Under the pieces are notes generated by a model that was not told the DNA's origin, did not search any database, and worked only from the letters and a program-made list of their open reading frames with translations. A DNA stretch of 62,929 bases from NCBI GenBank assembly GCA_964521005.1, contig CAZFPT010000002.1, forward strand, positions 1 to 62,929. The letters run 5' to 3'. The translations under genes were made by a program, and so were the position numbers. Below, piece by piece: positions 37,121-47,700 of the stretch (the first letter of the stretch is position 1; each line of letters begins with the position of its first letter). Origin of the DNA: an uncultured Planctomycetaceae bacterium (GTDB lineage Bacteria > Planctomycetota > Phycisphaerae > SM23-33).

Positions 37121-38025
37121 TGCGCGAGTCGGAGTTCCTATCCTGGGTCGCCCGTCAGCCCCTCGGCGACGCGCCCCACGTGCTCGTGGGCCCGGGGGAC
37201 GATTGTGCCGTCCTCGCCGTCGGGGGCGAGCAGTTGCTCGTCACGACCGACCAGGTGCTCGACGGCGTCCACGTCATCGTGGCTGAGACGGGCTGCGCCG
37301 CTGCCGGCAGGAAGGCGATGGCGCGGAACCTCTCGGACATCGCCGCGATGGGAGGCCGACCGATCGGCGCCACCGCTACCGTGTCGCTTCCGAAGGGCAC
37401 CGCCCAGGCCGACGTCGAAGCGATCTACGCGGGGCTGCGTGAGATCGGCGACGCGATGGGCTGCCCCCTGGTGGGTGGCGACGTGGCAAGCTGGGATCGG
37501 GACCTGGTGGTGTCCGTCACGGTCTTCGGGCTGGCGCCGGCGGGCGGACCTGTTTTGCGATCCACCGGCCAGGCGGGCGACGTGCTGGCGGTTACCGGAA
37601 CGCTGGGCGGGGCGTGGAAAGGACAGCGGCACCTCCACTTCACGCCGCGAATCGCCGAGGCAGCTGCCCTGGTGGAGCACGGCAGACCCACGGCGATGAT
37701 GGACCTCTCCGACGGTCTCGCCACCGACCTGGGGCGCCTGTGCGAAGCCTCGGGCGTCGGGGCCCGCGTCAACGCCTCGGCTGTCCCGGTCGCCGAAGAC
37801 GTCAACGCCGACGATCCACTCTCCGCCGCCCTGACCGACGGAGAGGACTACGAGCTGCTCATCGCCCTGCCCGCCGACCGGGCCGACGCCCTGCTGGCCG
37901 ATCCGCCGTTCGCCACGCCCCTCACCCGCATCGGCGAGCTGACCGAGGCGCGAGACATCCTTCTCGTCCATCCCGACGGCCGATATGAACCCCTCACACC
38001 CGACGGCTGGGAGCATACCACGTGA
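37120..38025 (+). CDS. thiL: thiamine-monophosphate kinase
   Basis: GPGDDCAVL, VTTDQVLDGVH, the AIR-synthase-like fold block DLSDGLATDL, and EDYELL. The start overlaps the argH stop by 1 nt (TAATG). Confidence 0.85.
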   Translation: MRESEFLSWVARQPLGDAPHVLVGPGDDCAVLAVGGEQLLVTTDQVLDGVHVIVAETGCAAAGRKAMARNLSDIAAMGGRPIGATATVSLPKGTAQADVEAIYAGLREIGDAMGCPLVGGDVASWDRDLVVSVTVFGLAPAGGPVLRSTGQAGDVLAVTGTLGGAWKGQRHLHFTPRIAEAAALVEHGRPTAMMDLSDGLATDLGRLCEASGVGARVNASAVPVAEDVNADDPLSAALTDGEDYELLIALPADRADALLADPPFATPLTRIGELTEARDILLVHPDGRYEPLTPDGWEHTT

Positions 38026-38453
38026 ACCCCGAGACCTTCACAACCCACTCCCCCGAAGAAACCGTCGAGCTGGGCAAACGCCTGGCGGAACGACTCGGCG
38101 TCGGAGACGTCATCACGCTGGACGGCCTGCTGGGGGCGGGCAAGACGGTCCTCACCCGGGGCATCGCCCTCGGGCTGGGCCTGGCCGACGAACGTCTGGT
38201 CTCGAGCCCCACCTACGTGCTCGTACACGAATACCCCGCGCCGGTTCCGGTCTACCACCTGGACCTCTATCGCATGGACTCGCCGGCAGAGGAGCTGGAC
38301 GATCTGGGCTTCGATGAGATGCTCGAAACGGGCGTGGCCGTCATCGAATGGGCGTCCCGCGCCTCGGGCCATCTGCCCCGCCCCCGCTGGCAGGTCGAAA
38401 TCGAGCACGTCGACAGCGAAACGCGACGGGTGACGCTCGCGCGAGTCGATTGA
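38022..38453 (+). CDS. tsaE: tRNA threonylcarbamoyladenosine biosynthesis protein TsaE
   Basis: GLLGAGKTVLTRG, SPTYVLVHEY and HLDLYR. GTGA overlap with thiL. Confidence 0.88.
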   Translation: MNPETFTTHSPEETVELGKRLAERLGVGDVITLDGLLGAGKTVLTRGIALGLGLADERLVSSPTYVLVHEYPAPVPVYHLDLYRMDSPAEELDDLGFDEMLETGVAVIEWASRASGHLPRPRWQVEIEHVDSETRRVTLARVD

Positions 38454-38505
38454 CAGACCCCGCCCCCGGAAGTATTCTGGATGGCTTCCCCAGAGGGAGA
38501 AAACC

Positions 38506-39381
38506 ATGCAGGAAGCCATCAACAAAGCCCAGACGCTCATCGAGGCGCTGGAGTACATTCAGGAATTCGTCGGAAAGATCGTCGTCATCAAGATGGGCGG
38601 ATCGGTCATGGACGACGAAGAGGCAATCACCAACCTCCTCCGCGACGTGGTGTTCCTCAACACGGTGGGCATCCGCCCGGTAATCGTACACGGCGGCGGC
38701 AAAGCCATCAGCCGGGCGATGGAACAGTCCGGGCTGGAAGTGCAGTTCGTGCAGGGTCGACGCTATACCGATCAGCGTTCGCTCACGGTGGTCGAACACG
38801 TGCTGGCCAACGAGATCAACGCCGAGATCGTCCGCAAGATCCAGTCCATGGGCTCCAGCGCTATGGCGATGCACACCCTCTCCAGCTGCGTGCTGTTCGG
38901 AGAGCGGCTGTTCCTGCAGACCGAGGACAACCGCAAAGTCGACCTCGGCTACGTCGGACAGGTCACCGAGGTCAACGCCCGTCTGCTGGAGCTTCTCTGC
39001 CAGGCCGACACCGTTCCGGTCATCGCGCCGCTGGCGGTGGACAAGGCCTCCCAGAAGCTCAACTGCAATGCCGACACTGCCGCCGGCGAGGTGGCCGCCG
39101 CCCTGCAGGCGGAGAAGTTCGTGGTGGTCTCCGATACCCACGGGATCCGCACCGACCCCGAAGACGCCGAAAGCCTCGCCCCCGTACTCAGCGAAGACCA
39201 GATCCGCGAGATGATCGCCTCGGGGGCGATCTCGGCGGGCATGCTGCCGAAGGTGGCTGCCTGCATCCGCGCCCTGGACGCCGGCGTGCCCCGCGCGCAC
39301 ATCATCGACGGGCGTTTCCCCCACTCGCTGCTGCTGGAGATCTTCTCAGAGAGCGGCGTGGGCACGCTGATCCAGAAGTGA
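38506..39381 (+). CDS. argB: acetylglutamate kinase
   Basis: VVIKMGGSVM, VIVHGGG and NCNADTAAGEVA. Confidence 0.92.
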   Translation: MQEAINKAQTLIEALEYIQEFVGKIVVIKMGGSVMDDEEAITNLLRDVVFLNTVGIRPVIVHGGGKAISRAMEQSGLEVQFVQGRRYTDQRSLTVVEHVLANEINAEIVRKIQSMGSSAMAMHTLSSCVLFGERLFLQTEDNRKVDLGYVGQVTEVNARLLELLCQADTVPVIAPLAVDKASQKLNCNADTAAGEVAAALQAEKFVVVSDTHGIRTDPEDAESLAPVLSEDQIREMIASGAISAGMLPKVAACIRALDAGVPRAHIIDGRFPHSLLLEIFSESGVGTLIQK

Positions 39382-39421
39382 CCACGACCATCCCCGCCGG
39401 CTGACACGCGAGGAACCGACC

Positions 39422-40318
39422 ATGACCAACTTCATCAACATTCACGATTTCACCGGCGAGCAGCTTACCGGCCTCATCAACCAGGCCATCGCCGACAAGC
39501 AGGCCCTCAAGAACGGCTCGCTGGAGCCGACACTGAAGGGCCTGACGCTGGCGATGTACTTCGAGAAGCCCTCCCTGCGGACGCGCGTCAGCTTCGAGAC
39601 GGGCATGACGCAGCTGGGCGGGGCGGCGACCTATCTCACACCCAACGACATCGGGTTGGGCACGCGCGAGCCCGTCAAGGACGTCGCCCGCGTGCTGGGG
39701 CGCATGTGCGAGGCGATCATGGCCCGCACCTTCAGCCATGAGCTGGTCGAAGAGCTGGGCGAATGGTCGCCCGTCCCGGTCATCAACGCCCTGACCGATT
39801 ACTCCCACCCCTGCCAGGCGATGGCCGACCTGATGACCGTCAAGGAGCACTTCGGCGACCTGGCCGGTCGTACGCTCGCGTTCGTGGGCGACGGCAACAA
39901 CGTAGCCCGCAGCCTCGCGGTGGCCTGCTCGAAGCTGGGGATGACATTCCGGGCGGCCACGCCGGTCGGCTACGAGCTGACCGACTGCCCCGTGAGCGAC
40001 TGGGCCGCCACCACCGACGCCAGAGAGGCCGTCGCCGACGCAGACGTAGTCTACACCGACACGTGGGTGTCCATGGGCCAGGAGGAGGAGAAGGCCAGGC
40101 GGGTCGCGGAGTTCAAGGGCTTCGAGGTCAACGCCGAGTTGATGTCGGCAGCCCCGGACCATGCGATCGTGCTGCACTGCCTGCCGGCGTATCGCGGGTA
40201 CGAGATTTCCGACGAGGTCTTCGAGGCCCACGCCGAGTCGATCCTCTCCGAGGCTGAGAACCGTCAGCACCTTCAGCGAACGCTGATGAACCTGCTGATC
40301 ACGCGCGGCCGGCTGTGA
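39422..40318 (+). CDS. argF: ornithine carbamoyltransferase
   Basis: SLRTRVSFE, DTWVSMG and HCLPAYRGYE. Confidence 0.9.
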   Translation: MTNFINIHDFTGEQLTGLINQAIADKQALKNGSLEPTLKGLTLAMYFEKPSLRTRVSFETGMTQLGGAATYLTPNDIGLGTREPVKDVARVLGRMCEAIMARTFSHELVEELGEWSPVPVINALTDYSHPCQAMADLMTVKEHFGDLAGRTLAFVGDGNNVARSLAVACSKLGMTFRAATPVGYELTDCPVSDWAATTDAREAVADADVVYTDTWVSMGQEEEKARRVAEFKGFEVNAELMSAAPDHAIVLHCLPAYRGYEISDEVFEAHAESILSEAENRQHLQRTLMNLLITRGRL

Positions 40319-40375
40319 CCTTCCCCGCCCGGGCGGCTTGGTGAGATCGCCCCGCCCGGGTACAATGGACCCTCC

Positions 40376-41110
40376 ATGGCGAAATCAACCAAACGACACG
40401 ACGGGCGGCGGGCCAATCAGCTTCGCCCGGTGACCATCACCCCGGATTTCGTCCGCACCGCCGATGGGTCCTGCCTGATCGAGACCGGCGGCACGCGGGT
40501 GATCTGCACCGCGAGCATCGTTCCCGGCGTGCCCGGCTGGCGCGAGGAGCTCGGGCTGGGATGGGTGACGGCCGAGTATGGAATGCTGCCGGCCTCGACC
40601 GCCCGCCGCAAGCCGCGACCCGCCGGCAAGCCCGACAGTCGGGGCATCGAGATCAAACGCCTGATCGGGCGCGTGCTTCGCAGCGTCGTGCGGTTTGAGC
40701 GTCTCGGGCCGAACACCATCTACCTGGACTGCGACGTGCTCGAAGCCGACGGCGGGACGCGCACCGCCAGCATCACCGGCGCGCAGGTGGCGTTGTCGCG
40801 TGCGATCCGTGCGGGCAGCGAGAAGGGCCTCTTCCAGCGCGGGGCTGTGGCGGACCTGGTGGCGGCGACGTCGGTGGGCGTCGTCGACGGAACGGCCGTG
40901 CTGGACCTGGACTACCTGGAAGACTCGACCGCCGAGGTGGACATGAACATCGCGATGACCCGGGGCGGCGAGTTCATCGAGCTGCAGGGCACCGCGGAGC
41001 GTCGGCCGTTCTCGCGGGAGCAGCTCGAGGTCATGCTGGATCTGGCGGCCAGGGGCATCAAACGCCTGATGACCGCCCAGCGAAAGGCGATTCGAGGAGA
41101 CATCGGATGA
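40376..41110 (+). CDS. rph: ribonuclease PH
   Basis: RHDGRRANQLRPV, GWVTAEYGMLP, and a C-terminal RNase PH domain 2. Confidence 0.92.
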   Translation: MAKSTKRHDGRRANQLRPVTITPDFVRTADGSCLIETGGTRVICTASIVPGVPGWREELGLGWVTAEYGMLPASTARRKPRPAGKPDSRGIEIKRLIGRVLRSVVRFERLGPNTIYLDCDVLEADGGTRTASITGAQVALSRAIRAGSEKGLFQRGAVADLVAATSVGVVDGTAVLDLDYLEDSTAEVDMNIAMTRGGEFIELQGTAERRPFSREQLEVMLDLAARGIKRLMTAQRKAIRGDIG

Positions 41111-42036
41111 ACCACACCGCAACAGCCATCACGATCGGTCTGCTGGCGACGCTGTGTCTGCTGGGCTGTGACGCAGGCGGCCCGGGCGGATCGCAACGCG
41201 TGTTCGACTGGACCAAACAGGGCGACGACCATCCGGACACCGGCGAACGATGGGCCGTTCTGCTGTACGTCTCCCAAGTGACCAACCACTACCAGGACGT
41301 CCGGGCGGCCAAAAAGGACACCGCCGCCCAGACCGACTGGGACGATCAACTGATCGTCGTACACGAAGCCAACAACAGCAAGCTGCTTCGCGGCCCGTAC
41401 GACTCGCCGGGAGCAGCGGCGAAGGATCTCGCCGAGTCGCGCGGGTTCACGTTCAAGGAAGGCGGTCGACCGTTCGCAACGGCGATCGTCACCAAGCTGC
41501 CCGAAACCGACTACAAGGAGATGTTCCCGCAGTGGAAGCTCACCGAGGCCGTCGGGGAGTACACCGTCTGCGTGGCGGTGTTCTACAACTACGCCACCAA
41601 GCGGGAGACGTTCAACCGGCGTCGCTGGGCGGCCGAGATGTACTGCAAGCACCTGCGGGAGAATCGCAACCAGGAAGCGTACTACCACCACGGCAAGTCG
41701 CGCAGCACGGTAACGATCGGCACGTTCCCCGCTGAGTCCGTCAAGCGGATGAAGGTCGGCAAGCGGTTCATTACGAAGGTCGTGGATCCGCGGATCGACC
41801 GGACCCGCCAGGCGCACCCGAAACTGATCGTCAACGGCTGGACCGAGATTACGACCGTGCCCAACGCCAAGACGAAGCAGGTCGAACGGGAGACCGCCCA
41901 GAGCTATGTGGTAAGAATCCCCGACAAGGAAGGTGAGATCGATGGAGACGATCGTCGTGGCAACCGGCAACCCGGGCAAGCTGGCGGAGATACGGGAGGT
42001 ACTGGGCGACCTGAGCGTATCAGTCCTTGGCCTTAA
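41107..42036 (+). CDS. hypothetical lipoprotein (two SPOR-like modules, tentative)
   Basis: ATGA overlap with rph. Signal peptide plus lipobox LLGC. The 3' 95 nt overlap the rdgB start in another frame. Confidence 0.55.
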   Translation: MNHTATAITIGLLATLCLLGCDAGGPGGSQRVFDWTKQGDDHPDTGERWAVLLYVSQVTNHYQDVRAAKKDTAAQTDWDDQLIVVHEANNSKLLRGPYDSPGAAAKDLAESRGFTFKEGGRPFATAIVTKLPETDYKEMFPQWKLTEAVGEYTVCVAVFYNYATKRETFNRRRWAAEMYCKHLRENRNQEAYYHHGKSRSTVTIGTFPAESVKRMKVGKRFITKVVDPRIDRTRQAHPKLIVNGWTEITTVPNAKTKQVERETAQSYVVRIPDKEGEIDGDDRRGNRQPGQAGGDTGGTGRPERISPWP

Positions 42037-42568
42037 GGACCTCGCGCCCATCGACGAACCGGACGAGACCGGCCAAACCTTCGCCGAGAACGCCCGGGAC
42101 AAGGCGCTGTACTACGCCGAGAAAACGAACCTGCCCTGCCTGGCGGACGACTCGGGGCTGGAGGTGGACGCGCTGAACGGAGCGCCGGGCGTGCACAGCG
42201 CCCGCTACGCCGCCGGGGAAGTGGACCCCGACGCGCCGCGCGAGGCCATCGACGCAGCCAACAACGCCAAGCTGCTCACCGCCCTGACCGACGTGCCCGA
42301 CGAGAAACGCACCGCCCGCTTCGTCTGTCATCTCGCGATGGCAGCCGACGGCGAGATCGTGCTGGAAGCCCGGGACACCATCGAAGGACGCATCGCCCGA
42401 TCGCCCGCGGGAGACAACGGCTTCGGGTACGACCCCCTCTTTGTCGTCCCCGAGAAAGGTTGCACCACCGCCCAGCTTCTGCCCGAGCAGAAGAACGCCA
42501 TCAGCCATCGCGGCAAAGCCGTCCGCACCTTCGCCGCCAGGCTCCAGGACTACCTCTCCAGCCAGTAA
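41942..42568 (+). CDS. rdgB: dITP/XTP pyrophosphatase (RdgB/HAM1 family)
   Basis: IVVATGNPGKLAE, DDSGLEVDALNGAPGVHSARY, GFGYDPLF and SHRGKA. Confidence 0.9.
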   Translation: METIVVATGNPGKLAEIREVLGDLSVSVLGLKDLAPIDEPDETGQTFAENARDKALYYAEKTNLPCLADDSGLEVDALNGAPGVHSARYAAGEVDPDAPREAIDAANNAKLLTALTDVPDEKRTARFVCHLAMAADGEIVLEARDTIEGRIARSPAGDNGFGYDPLFVVPEKGCTTAQLLPEQKNAISHRGKAVRTFAARLQDYLSSQ

Positions 42569-42605
42569 CGCCCCGCACGCTCGCCCGGCCGCCCCGGCAG
42601 CAGGT

Positions 42606-43385
42606 CTATGCCGCCGGCCTCCGACGCCGACGCCGACGAACCAGCCCAACGACCCCCACCGCAGCCCACACCGCACAGGCCGACAGCGCGTACCGCACCA
42701 CGGCCGAGTGCCAATACACCGGTGGAGCCGGCACGTCCTCGCCCAGTCCGCTGATTCCATACATCCAATCGGCGTGGCTCCACGAGTAGCCCACCGTTGC
42801 CGAGAGCGAAAAGAAGGGGTTCCACAATGTCGCGAAGGCCGCCAGTTGATAGGAGTTGGCCGCCGAGGCCTCCTGCAGCATGCCCTCCACCCAGAAGGGC
42901 GTCGCCAGCATCGCAACCGCAGCGAAGGACGACAGCATCGCCAGCGAAAAACGCGACACCTCCGACCGCCCCAGCGAGACCAGGGCGATCCCCGTCAACC
43001 CGACCGCCAGCAATACACAGTACGCCTGCAGTGCGTCGATCCAGGTAAACCCGACCTGTCCGCGAATCGCCAATCCCCCCGCCACCACGAGCAGGGCCAC
43101 GCCGGCGGCATCAATCACCACACCGCCGCGCAGGAGCGTTGCCATCAACGTCTGTCCCCGGGCAGCCAGCAGCGGAGCGACAACGCCCACCCAGACCACC
43201 GCCCCGCCCAACGCCACGAGAATCTCCGCCTCGAGGCCGCCTTCGCTCCGCCCGGCCAGCCAACTGCCTGCCAGAATCACCCCGAGCGTGGCCGTTGCCC
43301 CGCCGACGAGGGCGGCTGCATTGCGGCGCAACAGACTCGCCGGAGGCGTGGCCGTCCTGCCGGGCTCGGCCGATTCGGCCATCAC
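42606..43385 (-). CDS. integral membrane protein (hypothetical, about 6 TM)
   Basis: Hydrophobic throughout, with an Arg-rich C-terminal tail. The GTG/ATG start overlaps the upstream stop (GTGATG). Confidence 0.55.
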   Translation of the reverse strand: MMAESAEPGRTATPPASLLRRNAAALVGGATATLGVILAGSWLAGRSEGGLEAEILVALGGAVVWVGVVAPLLAARGQTLMATLLRGGVVIDAAGVALLVVAGGLAIRGQVGFTWIDALQAYCVLLAVGLTGIALVSLGRSEVSRFSLAMLSSFAAVAMLATPFWVEGMLQEASAANSYQLAAFATLWNPFFSLSATVGYSWSHADWMYGISGLGEDVPAPPVYWHSAVVRYALSACAVWAAVGVVGLVRRRRRRRPAA

Positions 43386-44623
43386 TCGTCGGCCTTGCCC
43401 GTGCCGGTGGATTTCGCCTTGGCGGCCATCGCCCGCAGTTGCGTGCGATACTCCTCGAGCATCTTTTGGGTCACCTTCATTTCATGGAGCTTCTGATCGA
43501 TCTGCTGAAGGGTCGGCACGACGGTTTCCAGCGGTGGGTCGATCTGCTCGGAAGGCTGGGCGAATTTCGCCGCCCAGTTCTTCAGCTCGCGATCCATCTG
43601 CCTGGGGGTTCGCGGCAGTACGGGGGTACGGGCGGCGTCGTACTGAATGTCGATCTCGCGAACACCACCGATCCACAGCTCGTCCTTGGCGGCAATGAGG
43701 TCGTGCACGAAGGCTTTGCCCCCGCCCCGCAGAATGACCTGCCCGCGCTTGTGCTCGCCCACGAACGACGCGCCCCACTTGCTGAGCTCATCAAGGCGAA
43801 GCAGATCGTTCGAACCTTCCGCGCGGTACCGCCCGAAGCGATCCACGTACAGCAGCCGTCGCGCGAAATCGCTCTTGGCGGCGTCCTTCAGAACGTGGAT
43901 GGTCACCATCACCCGCGTACCCTCGGGCGGGATGGCGTCGGGCTGCGTCCGGAAGTAGAGGCTGGCGTCGCTGTCGGTGCTCATGAAGGGCACGTCGAGG
44001 ATGGCTGTGTTGAAGTTCACCAGGCTGATGTATTCGCCCTGGGCGTCGGCGGCGTACCCGCCCTCGCTGCCGAGAATGGAGCCGATGAACACGTACTCGC
44101 TGGGTGGTTCGATCGCAGAGTTCGGGTCGGCCTTCTGCATCCACGAGGCCGGGTCCGCGGTCTGCTTCTTCCCGTCCTTGTCCGTCCAGGATACGGTCAG
44201 CCTCACCTTCGGGCCTCGCGGCGGCTGGGTGGTATACTGCTCGGTGTCGATCGAGTAGGACGTCTCGGCGGCCCGCCCGCGCGGCAGCCCGAGCATGACC
44301 AGTCCGGCGTGAATCTGCCAGCCTTTCGCGGGCGTCCGCAGGATGCTCTCGTGCGTCTTGCCCCTCCAACTGGTCAGCAGGAGCTCGAGGTCCATCGGTC
44401 CGCCGTCCATCCCCACGCGGCCGCATATCTCCGCCGGGAAGCTGACGGTCTTCGCCTTGGCGTCCACGTTCACCAGCTTCCTGGGCCAGGGCGCTGCGTT
44501 GGCGTCTTTGGCATCGTCGCCGCGTGGGGCCGGGCCCAGCCCGAGCTGTCCCAGCAGCGTGCCGGCCGTCACGGCGGCCAGGGCGGATGCGGCAATCACG
44601 GTCGTCCAGAACATTCGTTTCAT
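43382..44623 (-). CDS. secreted hypothetical protein (YdjY-like N-terminal module, tentative; C-terminal coiled coil)
   Basis: AGGAG lies 7 nt before the ATG at 44623. Signal peptide MKRMFWTTVIAASALAAVTAG. The block MDLELLLTSWRGKTHESILRTPAKGWQIHAGLVMLGLPRG resembles YdjY-domain proteins as I recall them. Confidence 0.5.
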   Translation of the reverse strand: MKRMFWTTVIAASALAAVTAGTLLGQLGLGPAPRGDDAKDANAAPWPRKLVNVDAKAKTVSFPAEICGRVGMDGGPMDLELLLTSWRGKTHESILRTPAKGWQIHAGLVMLGLPRGRAAETSYSIDTEQYTTQPPRGPKVRLTVSWTDKDGKKQTADPASWMQKADPNSAIEPPSEYVFIGSILGSEGGYAADAQGEYISLVNFNTAILDVPFMSTDSDASLYFRTQPDAIPPEGTRVMVTIHVLKDAAKSDFARRLLYVDRFGRYRAEGSNDLLRLDELSKWGASFVGEHKRGQVILRGGGKAFVHDLIAAKDELWIGGVREIDIQYDAARTPVLPRTPRQMDRELKNWAAKFAQPSEQIDPPLETVVPTLQQIDQKLHEMKVTQKMLEEYRTQLRAMAAKAKSTGTGKADE

Positions 44624-44747
44624 GGCGGGTCTCCTGAGCGGTCTGTGTTCAGTCTTATTATAAGACAGGCCGCGGGCTTCCGATAGGAAACTCGCGGCCT
44701 GCATTGGTTTCGACGTTCGCGGGTGGTGGTGTTCCACCCGGGCGCAG

Positions 44748-47700
44748 CTAGGGTAGTCGTGGAATTTCCTGGTGCAGCTCCTCGATCTCCTCGGCCTCGC
44801 CTGTGATGATGATCTTCGGTTTCACGAGGATCAGCAGCGTGTTCTCGTCGCGCGCTCGGCCGCGGTTGGTGAACAGGCGGTTGAGGATGGGCACCTTCGA
44901 GAGCATCGGAACGCCCTTCTCCCGCTCGACTTCCGAGGAGAGCTTCTGCCCGCCCAGCACCAGTGTTCCGCCATCCGGCACGGTCACGGTGGTTTCCACC
45001 GTGGTCACCGTCACATTGGGCAACTGGAGTCCGATTGTGTCAAATACGATGCCGCTGTCGTTGGGGTCGCCGGTACCGGGGTCGGCCAGGCCACCTCCGA
45101 CCGTCAGGAAGCCGTTCAGCACGGTCACCTGCGGGCGAAGCGTCATCGTCACGTAACGGCGGTCGGCGGACACCGTGGCCCGCACTTCCAGCACGCTGCC
45201 CGTGGTCACCGTGGAGACCTCCGGCTCGATGCCCACCGCATTGTCGTCGGTGACGACTTCCAGGTCCGAGACGTATGCCTGCGTCGTTCCGACGGCCACG
45301 TAGGCCAGCTGACCGTTGGACATCGTCACCCGCGGGGCCGTCAACTGACGACCCGACGAGTGGGCCTGGGTGGCCTGCACGAGGAAGTCCACCTGCACGT
45401 CGTCCAGGAAGCTCCCGAACACCGACAGGGCATGCGAGGTCGTCGAAGCACCGATGTCCGGCGCCACCGCAGAGGAGCTTCCCAGGAAGCTCGCCTGACC
45501 CCGGTGACCCTGGCTGACAGGGATCGGCGTGACCACCTGGGACTTGCTCATTCCCCAACCGTTCACACCCTGGGTGGGCACGCCCGCCCCGGTGAAGGGG
45601 TCGGTATTGGTCGCCCCCGCCCCGAGACCAGAGCCGATGTTGAAGTAGAAATCCATGTCCACGCCGATCTCGTTGAGGAAACCGGTGGAGACGGTAATGA
45701 ACCGGGCTTCCACAGACACCTGCAGCTGCTTGGCTTCACGAAGCATGCCGATCAGCTCGAGGATCTGGTCGTGCACTTCGGGGGTCTGCGTCACGACGAG
45801 CTGGCCGCCGAACTCGCGAATCGAGCCGGGCCCGCCCTGGTCCACCCAGGAATCCATCGGGGCTTTCTCGCGGATCATGCTGATGATCTCTTCAATCATT
45901 TCCGCGCGGGTCGGGCCTTCGGCTCCGCCGTCGTCATCGTCATCGTCGTCGCCGAAAAGGGTGCTGTCGTCACCACCGCCGCCGTCGCCATCATCCTGGT
46001 CGTCTCCGACATTGGTGATATCCATCGTCGGTCCGCTGAAATCGGGGATGGGGATGATCAGGTCGCGGATGTCGTACACGCGGGTCTTGACCTTAGTCCG
46101 CAGGGCGTCGGAGGTGGAGATCTTCACGATCCCGTCTTCGATCACATAGCCCAGCTGAACCTGCGTGCCACCGACGTTCTCCAGAACCACTTCCAGCAGC
46201 GTCTGGCCGCTCACCTCGGCGAGCTTCTCGGCCGTCACTTCCGTCTTGCGGGTGATGTTCCGTCCCTCGAGCACTTCCCAGTTGGGAACGATGTTCGCCC
46301 CGGTCACGTCGCGGAGGAAGTTCAGCACGTTCTCCAGAGCAATGCCGCTGAAGTCCACGTTGCGGATCACACGCTGAAGCTGCTTGCGGGTGCGGCGGTC
46401 CTTCTCGGACTCGCTCATCTCGCCTGCACTGAACCGCTTTCGCTTCTCGGTAATCTCCCGCCAGTTGCGCGGGTACCGCAGCAGCTCGTACCAGGGCGTC
46501 TCGCTCTCGACGATATCCAGGAACTGCCGCTGCGACTCGTAGAAGTTCGTCTGGCGGGCGTCCTTCTGACGCTCGAGGATCATGTATCGCTTGACCCAGC
46601 CAAGACCCTCGGAGGCGAAGGAGTTGTTGGGTTCCAGGCGGAGGATTTCCCGCATCGTGTCGCGGGCATCCTTCCACTGACGATCGGACACCAGCGCCTT
46701 GGCCTTGCGGGTCAGCGAGGCGATCGTCTCTTCGCGGTCCTTGCGGAGCTGGATGCGGCGTTCACGCTCGCGACGAGCGACCTCGATGGCCTGCTCGCGG
46801 GCGCGCTGCACGGCGAACTTCTCACGCTGCGCTTCGATGTGCTCGACCAGGTCGTTGGCCTTGCTGCGCAGCTCGCGGAATTCGTTGCCACTGAACAGCC
46901 GCTTGTTGGACTCGATCAGCTTGCCGGCCGTCCGGGCATTTTCCACCGCCGCGGCGAAGTCCGACTTCTCGCCGTCCTTGCTCAGGGCGGTGGCGAGCTT
47001 CTCGCGGGCGTTCTTCATGTACTTGCCGTAATCGGTGAGCGTCGCCCCGCGCAGCACGCGAAGCTTGCGCTTGTGTTCGGAGAGCAGGTCGTCGCCGCCG
47101 GAGGTGCCGATTCGCCCGCGGGCGCGTTCCAGAAGGATCTTCGCCTCGTTGTTGTACTTGTCCAGCTTCAGAGCGCGGCCGAAGAGGTCGGCAGCCTTCT
47201 CGGCTTCCTTGTCCTCGAGGGCGGCTTTGCCCTTTTCGACGAGGCGTTTGGCTTCCTTCTTGCGGGCGGCGATGGCGTTGAACAGCTCGTCGCCGTCGCT
47301 CTTCTTGACTTCGGTGACCTTCTTGCCGTCGTCCTCGGCGTCGTCCTTCTCTTTGGCGGGCGCGGTGACCATCTCGCCGCCGTTGCCGTTGGCCTTGGCG
47401 GCCCCGTTGGCCTGCTTGATCCGCTGGTTGACCCACGCCAGCTGCGCCTTGGCATCGCGGCGGGTGGCGTCCAGGAGGTACTCGCTGTCGGCGGCCTGGG
47501 AGAAGAGCGTGCGGGCCTTGTCCAGTTCGCCGGCTTCGAGGGCCTTCTGGGCGTCGCGGTAGGCCGACAGCGCCGAGGCCTTCTTCTTCATCGCGGTGTC
47601 CGCCTGGGAGAGGTACTCCGCGAGGGTCTTCTTCTGCTCGTCGGAGAGCTTCTCGGCGTCGACGGTCAGGAGCGTTTTCTTGGCGGCCTTGAATTCCTGG

